Shown: one piece after another, positions 27,716-39,913 of the stretch
How positions within the stretch are numbered: position 1 is the stretch's first letter
Layout: every line of letters begins with the position of its first letter
Source of the DNA: Candidatus Latescibacterota bacterium
Lineage (GTDB): Bacteria > Latescibacterota > UBA2968 > UBA8231
Reading direction: 5' to 3'
DNA length: 64,000 nucleotides
Assembly (NCBI GenBank): GCA_964291625.2
Contig: OZ220089.1
Coordinates: forward strand, 2,144,001 to 2,208,000
The notes under the pieces: model-generated
Database searches by the model: none
What the model was told of the DNA's origin: nothing
What the model saw: only the letters and a program-made list of their open reading frames with translations
Made by a program: the position numbers and the translations under genes

Positions 27716-28314
27716 TTGCCAACGTTTTCAAAATTCCGTCCCGGGGGGAAGGAGGAGGCGTCTCAATCCCTGGGATGGCACCTGGACCCCGGATGAGGAA
27801 TCTGCCATGTTCCCATGTTCCCTCGTCGAGCGATGCTCCCGAGTCCCGCCCTGACCGGTTCACTTCTCACCGGCGCCGGCGCTCGTTGCGGCTCCGAGGC
27901 GATCGCCGGCGTCCCTTCGGGCCCCGGCGGCCTCACCGGGCGCGGGGAGGCGCTCCCCGCCCGTCCCATCGCCGGGGCCCCGGGCGGCGTGGATCTCAGC
28001 GAGGAGAAGCCGGTGCGATTCTCCGGCGGCACCGCCATGGATTTCACCGGCGATCTGGACCTGACCATCGGCTGTTACGAAATTGCCACCGAGGATCGCA
28101 TCGCCCTCACGGGAAAGAGCCATGGCTTCCGGATCGGACTGGGGGGTGCAGAGCCTTCTGAACCCGGTGCCGGAAGCAGACCCCGAGGAGACGGCGGGCC
28201 AGGCAAACCTTCGCCCGGAGAGCACTGGGACTACAACGGCGCCTCCGGTTGTTCGTTGACCCCTAACCCATCTCTCTCCCGAAACACCCACTCCCTGAAC
28301 GGAGGACCACTCCG

Positions 28315-30903
<2,589 letters not shown>

Positions 30904-30996
30904 GGGCTGGCTGAACCGTGCTTCCGGGGCGCAGCGCCATGAGCGCCCTGGAGGCGCCTCCCCGGAGCAGCAGCCTCCTGTAAGCAGTCGGTTCCC

Positions 30997-31059
30997 GCGG
31001 TCCCCCCGGAGGCTCGCCCTTGCGATGGCGCGAGCCTCCGGGGGGCCGCCGTCTTTTCT
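30997..31059 (+). terminator. Rho-independent terminator-like hairpin after the TBDR
   Basis: Perfect 16-bp stem CCCCCCGGAGGCTCGC (31002-31017) / GCGAGCCTCCGGGGGG (31030-31045) followed by GTCTTTTCT. Confidence 0.65.
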
Positions 31060-31145
31060 GTCCCGCCGCCGCATCCCCCCCGCGAGCTGATTCCTCCACC
31101 CGGCTGCAGTCCCGATCCGCATACACTTCACACGGGAGAAGACGA

Positions 31146-31970
31146 TTGCTCAAGGCGGGCATCTTTCTGGACATGGAGAACCTCAACCGGTGCGGCGGCT
31201 ACGCCCTCCAGTACCGCCACGTCAAGGCCCTGGCCGAGGCCCAGGGCGCCGTCGTCGTGCGCGCCAACGCCTACATCGCGGTGGACCGAGAGCGGGAAGC
31301 CAGGGATCCGGAGTACGGGCAGAGAAAGGCCGAGTACCGCAACCGGGTCCGGCGCGAGGGCTATCACCTGGTGCTCAAGGAGGTGCAGATCTACCGGGAC
31401 ACGGAGGGCCAGGTCATAACCAAGGCCAACGCCGACCTGGAGCTGGCCGTGGACGCCCTGCTGCAGACGGAGAGGCTCGACTACGTGCTCCTCGGCACCG
31501 GCGACGGTGATTTCCTCCGTCTCGTGCGGGCCCTGCAGAACCGGGGCAAGCGGGTCGACCTGCTGTCGTTCATGAACACCAGCACGCGGCTGCGCCAAGA
31601 GGTGGACAACCACTTCTCCGGGTACCTCGTGCCCGGACTGCTGCCCGAGGACCGGACGGAGCCCGAGCGCCTCCGGGGCATCGTCCACGCCGTCAACGAG
31701 GAGAGGGGCTACGGGTTCCTCACCGTGCAGACCGGCATGGGCATGGAGAGCGTGCGCGAGGACGTCTTCCTCCACATCACCGACCTGCGCTCGGCCGAGG
31801 GCCGGCCCCTGGACAATGCCCAGTTCGCCCAGTACAAGACCCGGGGAACGATGGTGGAGTTCGAGATGCAGGAAGACGGAACGGGCAAGTCCAAGGCGGT
31901 GAACGCCGTGGAGTTCCGTCCCGAGCTCTGGGGTCTCGCCCGGGGGGACCGGCCGCCCGCGCCCTCCTGA
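31146..31970 (+). CDS. NYN (LabA/DUF88, PIN-like) domain fused to a C-terminal cold-shock domain
   Basis: FLDMENL, KANADLELAVD, GTGDGDF; CSD RNP motifs RGYGFL and DVFLHITD; TTG start with GGGAG RBS. Confidence 0.88.
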   Translation: MLKAGIFLDMENLNRCGGYALQYRHVKALAEAQGAVVVRANAYIAVDREREARDPEYGQRKAEYRNRVRREGYHLVLKEVQIYRDTEGQVITKANADLELAVDALLQTERLDYVLLGTGDGDFLRLVRALQNRGKRVDLLSFMNTSTRLRQEVDNHFSGYLVPGLLPEDRTEPERLRGIVHAVNEERGYGFLTVQTGMGMESVREDVFLHITDLRSAEGRPLDNAQFAQYKTRGTMVEFEMQEDGTGKSKAVNAVEFRPELWGLARGDRPPAPS

Positions 31971-31982
31971 GAGCCGTGGGCA

Positions 31983-31997
31983 CCCCCCCCCCCCCCC
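31983..31997. repeat. Poly-C homopolymer (C15) between convergent genes
   Basis: Run of 15 C read directly from the sequence. Confidence 0.85.
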
Positions 31998-31999
31998 GA

Positions 32000-33403
32000 T
32001 CAGCCCGCCGCCACCCCCTCCGGGGACTGCAGGTAGCGCCCGCCCTCGCCGTCCGTCCAGGGGTAGCGGAAGTGCTCGGCCAGCTCGCGGTTCGACGGCT
32101 CCCGGAGCAGGTCCTCCAGGGCGGCGTAGGCCTGGTCGTACGAGCGGGTCTGGTGGTGCTCCAGGGCGTCCCACAGCAGCATGCTGCGGTCTCCCGTCCG
32201 GTAGGCCTCCAGGCCGCGCTCCATCCCCAGGATCGTGGGCAGAAGCTGCTCGAGCATGATCTTCCTCGGCAGCGGCGCCACCCGAAGGGGCTGGATGCCC
32301 TTGCGGTCGATCACCGCCGGCACCTCGACGACCACGTCGTCGTCCACCCCCGGCAGCGCCCCCCGGTTGGGGACGTTCACCTGGAAGGTGCCGCGCACGT
32401 CGTTGGTCAGGGCGTCGATGATCGGCACCTGCTGCTCGCGGGTGCGCCCGGTGCCGAAGAGCTCGGTCATGCGCGCCGAAGGGTCCTCGCAGGCGGCCCG
32501 GATCTGCTCCAGCCGCTTCTCCAGGCGCTCCACGTGGACGGGCCGGGCGATATGGGTGTCCGGCCCTCCGTAGGGCTCGCCGAACCAGTGCTTCTTCGTT
32601 TCGATGTCGGTGTGATACCACCAGCCGCCGACGCGGGGCGAGTCTCCGATGGGGAAGAGGCCGTACATGCGGTACTGGTGCACGGCGCCGCGGGAGAGCT
32701 GGATGTCGTGGGTGCCGTCGGCTTCGTGGGTCCGCCAGTAGTCCTCGCCGTGTTCGTCGATCCAGCGTTCGATCCGCGGGTAGGCGTCCTCCCCGTCGTA
32801 GAGGAAATGGGTCATCCAGATGCAGTGGTTGACCCCCGGCGCCTGGAAGTCGACGCGCTCCAGGTCGAGGCCCAGTTCCCTGACGATGCGATGGTAGCCG
32901 TAGTGACCGTGGCACAGGCCGCAGACCTTGAGCCCCGTCTCCCGGGTCATGAGGGTGCAGCCGTCGAAGACGGGATTGCCCGACTGGATGAGCCAGGCAT
33001 CGGGACAGAGCCTCTCCATGTCCCGGGCCACCTCCATCATCAGCCGCAACTGGTAGAAGGAGCCCGCCGACACGCCCCTGTAGTAGTAGCCGTGCCGGGC
33101 CATGAGGCGGCGCATGTCGACCTGGTGGTGATGGCTCTGGACCATGGCGGTGTTGATGACAAAATCCGCCTCCCTCAGCGCCTCCTCGCGGTCGGTGGTC
33201 TGCCGGAAGCGCAGGTCGCCGCCGACCTCGTCGGTGTAGCGCGAGGCCATGCGGGTCACCGCGTCCAGGCGGTCGGCGTCGATGTCCATGAAGTGGACCT
33301 CGCTGCCGGCCAAATTCCCGGTCAGGCACAGGTCCTTCACCAGGCCGAGGGAGAAGGTGGCGGAGCCGGCGCCGATGACGCCGATGCGGACGGGATGGGG
33401 CAT
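32000..33403 (-). CDS. Glycoside hydrolase family 4 (NAD-dependent alpha-glucosidase/galactosidase/glucuronidase-like)
   Basis: IGVIGAGSATF, ADFVIN, CPDAWLIQSGNP, GLCHG, PGVNHCIW; GAGGAG RBS. Confidence 0.92.
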   Translation of the reverse strand: MPHPVRIGVIGAGSATFSLGLVKDLCLTGNLAGSEVHFMDIDADRLDAVTRMASRYTDEVGGDLRFRQTTDREEALREADFVINTAMVQSHHHQVDMRRLMARHGYYYRGVSAGSFYQLRLMMEVARDMERLCPDAWLIQSGNPVFDGCTLMTRETGLKVCGLCHGHYGYHRIVRELGLDLERVDFQAPGVNHCIWMTHFLYDGEDAYPRIERWIDEHGEDYWRTHEADGTHDIQLSRGAVHQYRMYGLFPIGDSPRVGGWWYHTDIETKKHWFGEPYGGPDTHIARPVHVERLEKRLEQIRAACEDPSARMTELFGTGRTREQQVPIIDALTNDVRGTFQVNVPNRGALPGVDDDVVVEVPAVIDRKGIQPLRVAPLPRKIMLEQLLPTILGMERGLEAYRTGDRSMLLWDALEHHQTRSYDQAYAALEDLLREPSNRELAEHFRYPWTDGEGGRYLQSPEGVAAG

Positions 33404-33504
33404 GGGATTCTGACTCCTCGCTGGGTTGCCGGTGGTGGGGGCCGAGACAGAGCCCGCGGTCCTGTATAAGGTAAAGGCCTGCCCGCCCAAAGGAGCCAGC
33501 AGCG

Positions 33505-33819
33505 ATGAGCGACGAGAGGCACTTCGAAGAGCAGCCGGTGGAACTGCCGATCGACGGCACCCTCGATCTGCACACCTTCCGGCCCAGGGAGGCGGCGGAC
33601 CTGGTGGCCGACTACCTGTCCGAGTGCCGCAAGCGCGGCATCCTGGACGCCCGCGTCATCCACGGCAAGGGCACGGGCGCCTTGCGGCGCACCGTCCACG
33701 CCGCCCTGGACCGCCTCCCCTTCGTGGAGCGCTACTCCCTGGCCGGCACCGGAGGCGGCGGCTGGGGAGCGACCCTGGTGCGCCTGCGGCCCCTTCCTCC
33801 AGGGGGCGAGAAGCGCTGA
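33505..33819 (+). CDS. Stand-alone Smr domain protein
   Basis: LDLHTF, VIHGKGTGALR, GGWGATLV; AAGGAG RBS. Confidence 0.9.
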   Translation: MSDERHFEEQPVELPIDGTLDLHTFRPREAADLVADYLSECRKRGILDARVIHGKGTGALRRTVHAALDRLPFVERYSLAGTGGGGWGATLVRLRPLPPGGEKR

Positions 33820-33993
33820 CTCCGCCCTTCGCCGGGCCCCCCGGCTCCCGGCCGTGACCGGCTCGGGGCCGTGATCGAGCTGCGGCGGCAACTGCCCGCC
33901 CTCGGACGAAGCCGCCTGCACCTTGCCGGGAAGGCGGGCTCCGGCTAAGGTAGCGCTCCGCCACCCGGACCATCCTGGAAGAGGAGGATCTCC

Positions 33994-35469
33994 GTGATCG
34001 ATCCAGAATACCTGCTCAGCGACGAACAGATGCGCGACTACATCGCCAACGGCTATCTCGTGCTCAACACGAGCCTGCCGGCCACGCTCCACGAGGAGAT
34101 CTACCGGCGCACCTCCGATGTCCTGGAGAAGGAGGGCAACCCGGGCAACAATATCCTGCCACGGGTGCCGCAGCTCCGGCGGGTCTTCGACGACCCGGCC
34201 CTGCGCGGCGCCCTGACCAGCGTGCTGGGCCCCGACTACATCATGCACTCCCACCGCCACTGCCACGTGAACCGGGGCGGCAGCGACGGCGGCGGCACCC
34301 ACAAGGACAGCTACTGGGGCTTCAACCGGGTGCCGCGCAACCACCGCACACGCTGGGCCATGCTGTTCTACTACCCCCAGGACGTCTCCGAGGCCAACGG
34401 CCCCACCGGAGTCGTCCCGGGTTCCCAGAACTACGTGGCGAAGGAGTCCTGGGAGACCGACGGCGAGGCCGTGCCCTGTCTCGGCGCCGCGGGCACCGCC
34501 GTCCTCGTCCACTTCGACCTGTGGCACCGGGCCTTCCCCAACCACACGGACAACACCCGTTTCATGATGAAGTTCCAGTTCACCCGCATGTCCGAGCCTG
34601 CGGCCCCGACCTGGCGCTCCGACAGGCAGGACTGGCCCGGCGGCAACGGCCTGGGCGACCGCCACGACGCCATGTGGAGGTCGGCCTGGAGCTGGCACCG
34701 CGGCGAGCCCTTCGACGCACCCGCCGCCGAGGGCGGCGACGAGGCCATCCACCGCCTGCGGGGCGGCGAGGTGGAGGAGCGTCTCGGTGCGGCCACCGCC
34801 CTGGGCGGCACCGGGGCCTCCCCCGCGGCCGTGTCCGCCCTGCGCGACGCCTTGCGAGACGGGGCCGAGCCGGTGCGCCTGAACGCGGGTTACGGACTTG
34901 GGGCCGTCGGCGAGGACGCCGTCGACGCCCTGGTGGACGCCCTCGACGACGAGGTCGAGCACGCACGACTGAACGCCGCCTACGGACTCGCCGCCGCCGG
35001 TTCCGCGGCGGCGCCGGCGCTGATCGCGGCCTGCACCGCGGACTCGGAATCGAGCCGCGGCTACGCGGCCTTCGCCCTCGGCGAGATGGCCGCCGGTCCC
35101 GAGGCCGTGGAGGCGGTGGCCGCCCTGGCGGGGGATTCCTCGGAGTTCGTCCGCCGCAACGCCGCCGACGCCCTCGGCACCATGCAGGGGCGGCCGGAGG
35201 CGGCGGTCCCCGCCCTGCAGCAATTGCTCGCCGACGATAACGACCAGGTGCGCTTCGACGCCGCCTACGGGCTCGCCCGGCGCGGCCCCGAGGCCGCCCC
35301 GGCCACCGAGGCCCTGGTGGCGGCCCTGGACGACGGCAACCGCTACGTCCGCAACCACGGCGTCGAGGCCCTGCAGAGGATCGGCACTCCCGAGGCGCGG
35401 CAGGCCCTCTACGACTTCCTCACGGTATCGCGCTGGTGCCCGATCACCAACCGCGAGAGCACGTTCTGA
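33994..35469 (+). CDS. PhyH-family Fe(II)/2OG dioxygenase fused to PBS-lyase HEAT repeats
   Basis: NGYLV, HKD and LWHR iron ligands, NGPTGVVPGS; about seven repeats of the VRxNAAxALG type. Confidence 0.85.
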   Translation: MIDPEYLLSDEQMRDYIANGYLVLNTSLPATLHEEIYRRTSDVLEKEGNPGNNILPRVPQLRRVFDDPALRGALTSVLGPDYIMHSHRHCHVNRGGSDGGGTHKDSYWGFNRVPRNHRTRWAMLFYYPQDVSEANGPTGVVPGSQNYVAKESWETDGEAVPCLGAAGTAVLVHFDLWHRAFPNHTDNTRFMMKFQFTRMSEPAAPTWRSDRQDWPGGNGLGDRHDAMWRSAWSWHRGEPFDAPAAEGGDEAIHRLRGGEVEERLGAATALGGTGASPAAVSALRDALRDGAEPVRLNAGYGLGAVGEDAVDALVDALDDEVEHARLNAAYGLAAAGSAAAPALIAACTADSESSRGYAAFALGEMAAGPEAVEAVAALAGDSSEFVRRNAADALGTMQGRPEAAVPALQQLLADDNDQVRFDAAYGLARRGPEAAPATEALVAALDDGNRYVRNHGVEALQRIGTPEARQALYDFLTVSRWCPITNRESTF

Positions 35470-35503
35470 ACCTCGCACACGCACACGGAAAGGACTCCGC
35501 GCC

Positions 35504-37084
35504 ATGGCGCAGACACAGCCGGTCCTGATCGCCGGAGAATGGCGCGACTCCAGGGCCGCGGGCACCTTCGAGCCGACGAACCCGCGCACCCGGGAGCCCA
35601 CGGGAGAGACCTACCCCGTCAGCGGTCCCGAGGAGGTGGCCGAGGCCGTCGAGGCGGCGGCTTCCGCCTCCGAGGCGCTACAGGACTCCCATCCCGCCGG
35701 CGCCGCCGGCTTCCTCGAGGCCTTCGCCGGCCGCATCGAGGCCCGCGCCGGCGAGATCGTCGCCATGGCCGAGGCCGAGACCGGCCTGCCCGCCGCGCCC
35801 CGGCTGGCGGAGATCGAGCTGCCCCGGACCACCGGCCAGCTCCGCCAGGCCGCGGCCGCCGCCCGGGGCCGATCCTGGAGCCTGCCCACCATCGACACCG
35901 GCAGCGGCATCCGCTCCATGTACCGGGCCCTCGACGGGGGCGTGGCCGTCTTCGGGCCGAACAACTTCCCCCTCGCCTTCAACAGCGTCTCCGGCGGGGA
36001 CTTCGCCGCCGCCGTCGGCGCCGGCTGCCCGGTCATCGCCAAGGCCAACTCCTCCCATCCGGGCACGACCCGCCTGCTCGCCGAGGAGGCGCTGCGGGCG
36101 GTCCGGGAGGCGGGTCTGCCGGAGGCGACGGTGCAGCTCATCTACCGCACCGATCACGAGGTCGGCAAGAGGCTGGTCTCGCACCCGAAGATCGGGGCCA
36201 CCGGCTACACCGGGTCGAGGGCGGCGGGTCTGGCCCTCAAGGCGGCGGCCGACGCCGCCGGCAAGCCGATCTACCTGGAGCTCAGCTCCATCAACCCCGT
36301 GTACGTGCTGCCCGGGGCGATCCGCGAGCGCGGCGCCGAGATCGTCGAGGAGTTCCAGACCTCCTGCCTCATGGGGACCGGGCAGTTCTGCACCAACCCC
36401 GGGATCGTCGTGCTCCTGGCCGGGGACGAGGCCGAGGGGTTCATCGCCCGGGCCGCGGAGGGCTTCGACCAGGCGCCGATAGGCACCCTGCTCGCCGCCG
36501 GCGTGGAGAGCGGCATGGAGGCGAGCGTCCGCGCCCTGCAGGCCGCCGGCGCCGAGCTGGTCACCGGCGGCAGGACCGGCGGCGGCACCGGGTACAGCTA
36601 CAGCAACACCCTGCTGCGGACCACGGCGCGCACGTTCCTCGCCGACCCCGAGGCCCTGCAGACCGAGGCCTTCGGCAACGAGAGCCTCTTCGTGGTGGCC
36701 GGCGACGTCGACGAGGCCGCCGAGGTGGCCCGCCGCCTGGAGGGCAACCTCACCGGCTGCATCTACTCCGACACGGGCGGCTCCGACGACGACGCCTACG
36801 AGCGCATCGCGCCGGCCCTGCGGCGGCGGGTGGGGCGCTTGCTCAACGACAAGATGCCCACCGGCGTGGCGGTGGTGCCCTCCATGAACCACGGCGGACC
36901 GTACCCGGCCACGGGACACCCCGGCTTCACCGCCGTCGGCATCCCCGCCTCGATGCTGCGCTTCGCCATGCTCTGCTGCTACGACGAGGTGCGCCCCCAC
37001 CGCCTGCCGGTGGAGCTGCGCGACGAGAACCCCGGCGGGGTCTGGCGCCTGATCGACGGAGACTGGACGCAGGCCGACGTCTGA
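35504..37084 (+). CDS. NADP-dependent aldehyde dehydrogenase (alpha-ketoglutaric semialdehyde dehydrogenase-like)
   Basis: PNNFPLAF, YTGS, ELSSINP, GQFCTNPG, EAFG, PTGVAV..MNHGGPYPAT. Confidence 0.9.
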   Translation: MAQTQPVLIAGEWRDSRAAGTFEPTNPRTREPTGETYPVSGPEEVAEAVEAAASASEALQDSHPAGAAGFLEAFAGRIEARAGEIVAMAEAETGLPAAPRLAEIELPRTTGQLRQAAAAARGRSWSLPTIDTGSGIRSMYRALDGGVAVFGPNNFPLAFNSVSGGDFAAAVGAGCPVIAKANSSHPGTTRLLAEEALRAVREAGLPEATVQLIYRTDHEVGKRLVSHPKIGATGYTGSRAAGLALKAAADAAGKPIYLELSSINPVYVLPGAIRERGAEIVEEFQTSCLMGTGQFCTNPGIVVLLAGDEAEGFIARAAEGFDQAPIGTLLAAGVESGMEASVRALQAAGAELVTGGRTGGGTGYSYSNTLLRTTARTFLADPEALQTEAFGNESLFVVAGDVDEAAEVARRLEGNLTGCIYSDTGGSDDDAYERIAPALRRRVGRLLNDKMPTGVAVVPSMNHGGPYPATGHPGFTAVGIPASMLRFAMLCCYDEVRPHRLPVELRDENPGGVWRLIDGDWTQADV

Positions 37085-37264
37085 CCCGCGTCTTGCGGCA
37101 GGGTACGCGGCCGGCAGCGCAGTGTAGTCTCGCGGCCTGGGCTACCCTGGCACCGCCTGGCGGGAAGCCTCCAGGAAGAACCCGGGTGACGCGCCTTGCG
37201 CCGCCCCTGTGTCCATGGGCGTGGTGGAGGCCCCGAGGGCGCGAGCAACGCGCCTGGGGCCTGC

Positions 37265-38455
37265 CTACCTGTGGGCGTGGTGGGACGCCTCGGGGGCGAG
37301 GTACTGCACGTCGAGGTGGGGCGTCTCCAGGCGGCGGTGGCCCGCGTGCCGGGAGCGCAGGCAGCTTTCCAGGATCCCGCAGACGATCAGCGTCCGCTCC
37401 GCCGGGAAAGGCGCCGACCCGGTGGCCAGCATCTCGTCGATCTTGGCCACCAGGCAGGCCGAGTAGGTGACGTTCGGCGTCGGCGTCAGCAGGAACTGGC
37501 ACGACACCGGTTCCGCTTCCCCCTCCATCCGCGCGGCGAAGCAGTAGTCGCCCACGGCGCCGTTGACCATCAGCAGGGTGGCCCGCAGGCCGTCCCGGAA
37601 CTCCAGCAGGTAGGCGGCCGGCGCCTCGACGAGGCGCTCGATCTCCCCCGAGGCGAGCAGGTCCTGGGTGCGGCCGTCCTCCAGCGTCGCTCCCCGGGGG
37701 CTGTCCGAGCGCGACAGGGCCGCCTCCAGCAGGCGCATCGACCAGCGGCCCTCGCGGCCGGCCTCCCAGACCTCGTCCCCCTCGATCAGCTGCACCGCGG
37801 CGACGCCGGTCTCGCCTCCCCGGCGGCGCTCGATCATGCACTGCATCGCCTCGAGGGCGTGGTAGTCCATGGCGTCGGAGCCGCCGACGCCGATCATCAG
37901 GGCCTCCTCGACGCCGGCCCCGTGGGGGATCTCCAGGTCCGGCAGCCGCCAGGTGACCGGCAGCGACGACCCGGCCAGGATGGGGAAGCCGAGGCGGCGC
38001 CCGTCCTCCACCATCTCCCGGGCGTAGTCGAAGCTGTACGAGAGGTGCTTGTCGTTGTAGACCGGCACCGCCCGGCCGTCGGCCTCGAAGACGGCGACGC
38101 ACTCCTTGAACAGCTCGTACCTCGGGTAGAGCTTCTGCCCCAGCTCGTTGTCCGGGTACTCGCCGTGCTCGCCGATGAGCAGGACGCCGTCCACGGCCAG
38201 CTCGCCGCCGCCGCAGCGCAGGGCCTCGGCCACCGTGGGGTAGACCTCGAAGCCGAACTCCCGCCCCCGGTCCACGGCCTGATCGCCCTCGGGGGACTGA
38301 TCGACGTGGAGCGACACCACCCGCCCCGGGGAGCGGCGCCACTCGCCCTCGTACGGGTAGCCCACGAGGAAGCGGTCGGCGAAGTGCTGGGCGTGGGACA
38401 GGTAGCGGTAGATGGTGGCCACCACCGCCAGCCTCGGTTCGCGGTCGTCGGGCAT
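37265..38455 (-). CDS. Uncharacterised Gfo/Idh/MocA-like protein, paralog B
   Basis: Start MPDDREP with GAGGACGGAG RBS; GVLLIGEHG, NDKHLS, AGSSLPVTWR, YHALE. Confidence 0.8.
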   Translation of the reverse strand: MPDDREPRLAVVATIYRYLSHAQHFADRFLVGYPYEGEWRRSPGRVVSLHVDQSPEGDQAVDRGREFGFEVYPTVAEALRCGGGELAVDGVLLIGEHGEYPDNELGQKLYPRYELFKECVAVFEADGRAVPVYNDKHLSYSFDYAREMVEDGRRLGFPILAGSSLPVTWRLPDLEIPHGAGVEEALMIGVGGSDAMDYHALEAMQCMIERRRGGETGVAAVQLIEGDEVWEAGREGRWSMRLLEAALSRSDSPRGATLEDGRTQDLLASGEIERLVEAPAAYLLEFRDGLRATLLMVNGAVGDYCFAARMEGEAEPVSCQFLLTPTPNVTYSACLVAKIDEMLATGSAPFPAERTLIVCGILESCLRSRHAGHRRLETPHLDVQYLAPEASHHAHR

Positions 38456-38463
38456 CTCCGTCC

Positions 38464-39666
38464 TCACGTGCGCCAGAAGGTGGACTCGGGGTTCGGCTGG
38501 TAGGTCACCTCGGCCAGGTGCGGCGTCTCCAGGCGCGCCTGGTCCTGGTGGAGGCTCTCCACGCCCGCGGCCGTCAGTCCCGTGGTCATCAGGGTGCGCT
38601 CCACCGGGTAGGTGGCCCGCCCGGTGAGGAACATGCGCTCCACGTTGTTCACCTGGGGGCTGAAGAAGTTGGCCAGCGAGGTGCGGGCCGGCGGCATGGG
38701 CAGGTACATCTGCGTGGACAGGGGCCGCTCCTCGCCCGCCAGCCGCGCCGCGAAGTTGAAGTCCTGCACCAGGCCGCTCATCAGCAGCATCGACGACTGC
38801 AGGCCGTCGGCGTGCTCGTAGACGTAGGCCACGGGGCTCTCGCAGAGCTGCTTGAGCTCGTCGATGTTGGGCCGCACGTCGTTGAACCCCGGCCGCGGCT
38901 GCGACCGGGTGTGACTGCGGCTCAGGGCCGACTCGAACAGCTCCCGGGACCACACCCCGTCGTGATGGGCCTGCCAGAACCGCTCGTCGCGGTACGCCTG
39001 CAGCCCGACGACGCCGTGCTCGCCCCCCTCCCGGCGCTCGACCATGCACTGCAGGGTCTCCAGGCCGTGGAAGTCGTAGCTGTCGACGCCCCCGTAGCAG
39101 ACGCAGACCGCCTCCTCCACCCGCGCCCCGAGGGGCATCTCGAGGGAGGGCGTGCGCCAGGTGACGGGCAGCGACGAGCCGGCCATGAAGGCGAAGCCCA
39201 GCTCCACGGACTGGTCGTACATCTGGCGGGCCCAGTCCCAGTTCCACGAGAGGTGCTTGTCGTTGAAGACCGGCGCCGAGCGGCCGGTGGTGCGGTACAC
39301 GGAGACGATCTGCTGGAAGAACTCGTAGCGGGGGTAGAGCTGCTGGCCCTTCTCGTTGCGGCCGTACTGGCCGTGCTCGCCGACGAGAAGGACGCCGTCG
39401 ACGGCCAGGTCGGAGCCGCCCAGGGTGAGGGCGTCGGCGATGGTGGGCACCCCCCGCACCTCGGGGAACCGCGCCAGGCGGTCCGGCGTGAGGTCGCCCT
39501 CCGGGTGCTGGTCGACGTAGAGGGAGACCAGGTCCATCGGCGGCCGGTGGTGGCGCCCGTTCCAGCCGTAGCCCTCGAGGAAGCGGTCGACGATGTGCTG
39601 GCCGTGGGAGAACTTGCGGTACTCCGTGACCACGGCGGCGATCTTCGGTCTGCGGTCGGCGCTCAA
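38464..39666 (-). CDS. Uncharacterised Gfo/Idh/MocA-like protein, paralog A
   Basis: Same motifs as the downstream paralog (GVLLVGEHG, FNDKHLS, AGSSLPVTWR, FHGLE); start approximate (TTG). Confidence 0.8.
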   Translation of the reverse strand: MSADRRPKIAAVVTEYRKFSHGQHIVDRFLEGYGWNGRHHRPPMDLVSLYVDQHPEGDLTPDRLARFPEVRGVPTIADALTLGGSDLAVDGVLLVGEHGQYGRNEKGQQLYPRYEFFQQIVSVYRTTGRSAPVFNDKHLSWNWDWARQMYDQSVELGFAFMAGSSLPVTWRTPSLEMPLGARVEEAVCVCYGGVDSYDFHGLETLQCMVERREGGEHGVVGLQAYRDERFWQAHHDGVWSRELFESALSRSHTRSQPRPGFNDVRPNIDELKQLCESPVAYVYEHADGLQSSMLLMSGLVQDFNFAARLAGEERPLSTQMYLPMPPARTSLANFFSPQVNNVERMFLTGRATYPVERTLMTTGLTAAGVESLHQDQARLETPHLAEVTYQPNPESTFWRT

Positions 39667-39754
39667 GGGCGGTGCCTTCGGATGGTGCTGCGCTGCAGTG
39701 GCGAGGAGAGTCAAGATAGAGCCGCGCCGGACGCGGCTCCAGGCTTGGAGGGAA

Positions 39755-39784
39755 TTGACATCGGTGTAGCCTGTCGGCTACTTT
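39755..39784 (+). promoter_or_regulatory. TA promoter with overlapping palindromic operator
   Basis: TTGACA (39755)-N18-TACTTT (39779); GTAGCC-TGTC-GGCTAC palindrome at 39766-39781; GTG start 6 nt after the -10, so likely leaderless. Confidence 0.7.
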
Positions 39785-39790
39785 GGGCGA

Positions 39791-39904
39791 GTGCTGGAAG
39801 TTCGCAGGACGGAGGTCTATGCCAGCTGGCTCGACGGCTTGAGGGATGTCCGCGCTCGCGCCCGGGTGCTCCTTCGGGTCGAGCGGCTGGCGAGAAACCT
39901 GTAG
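39791..39904 (+). pseudogene. Internally deleted RelE/ParE-type addiction-module killer protein
   Basis: 37 codons, MLEVRRTEVYASWLDGLRDVRARARVLLRVERLARNL*; resembles a family N-terminus joined to its C-terminus with the core missing. Confidence 0.8.
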
Positions 39905-39913
39905 GTGAAGACC

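Noticed and set aside
27720-28314. Cobalamin or TPP riboswitch upstream of the TBDR
   Set aside because: No recognisable B12-box or TPP core motifs by eye; an Rfam scan is needed to exclude other classes.
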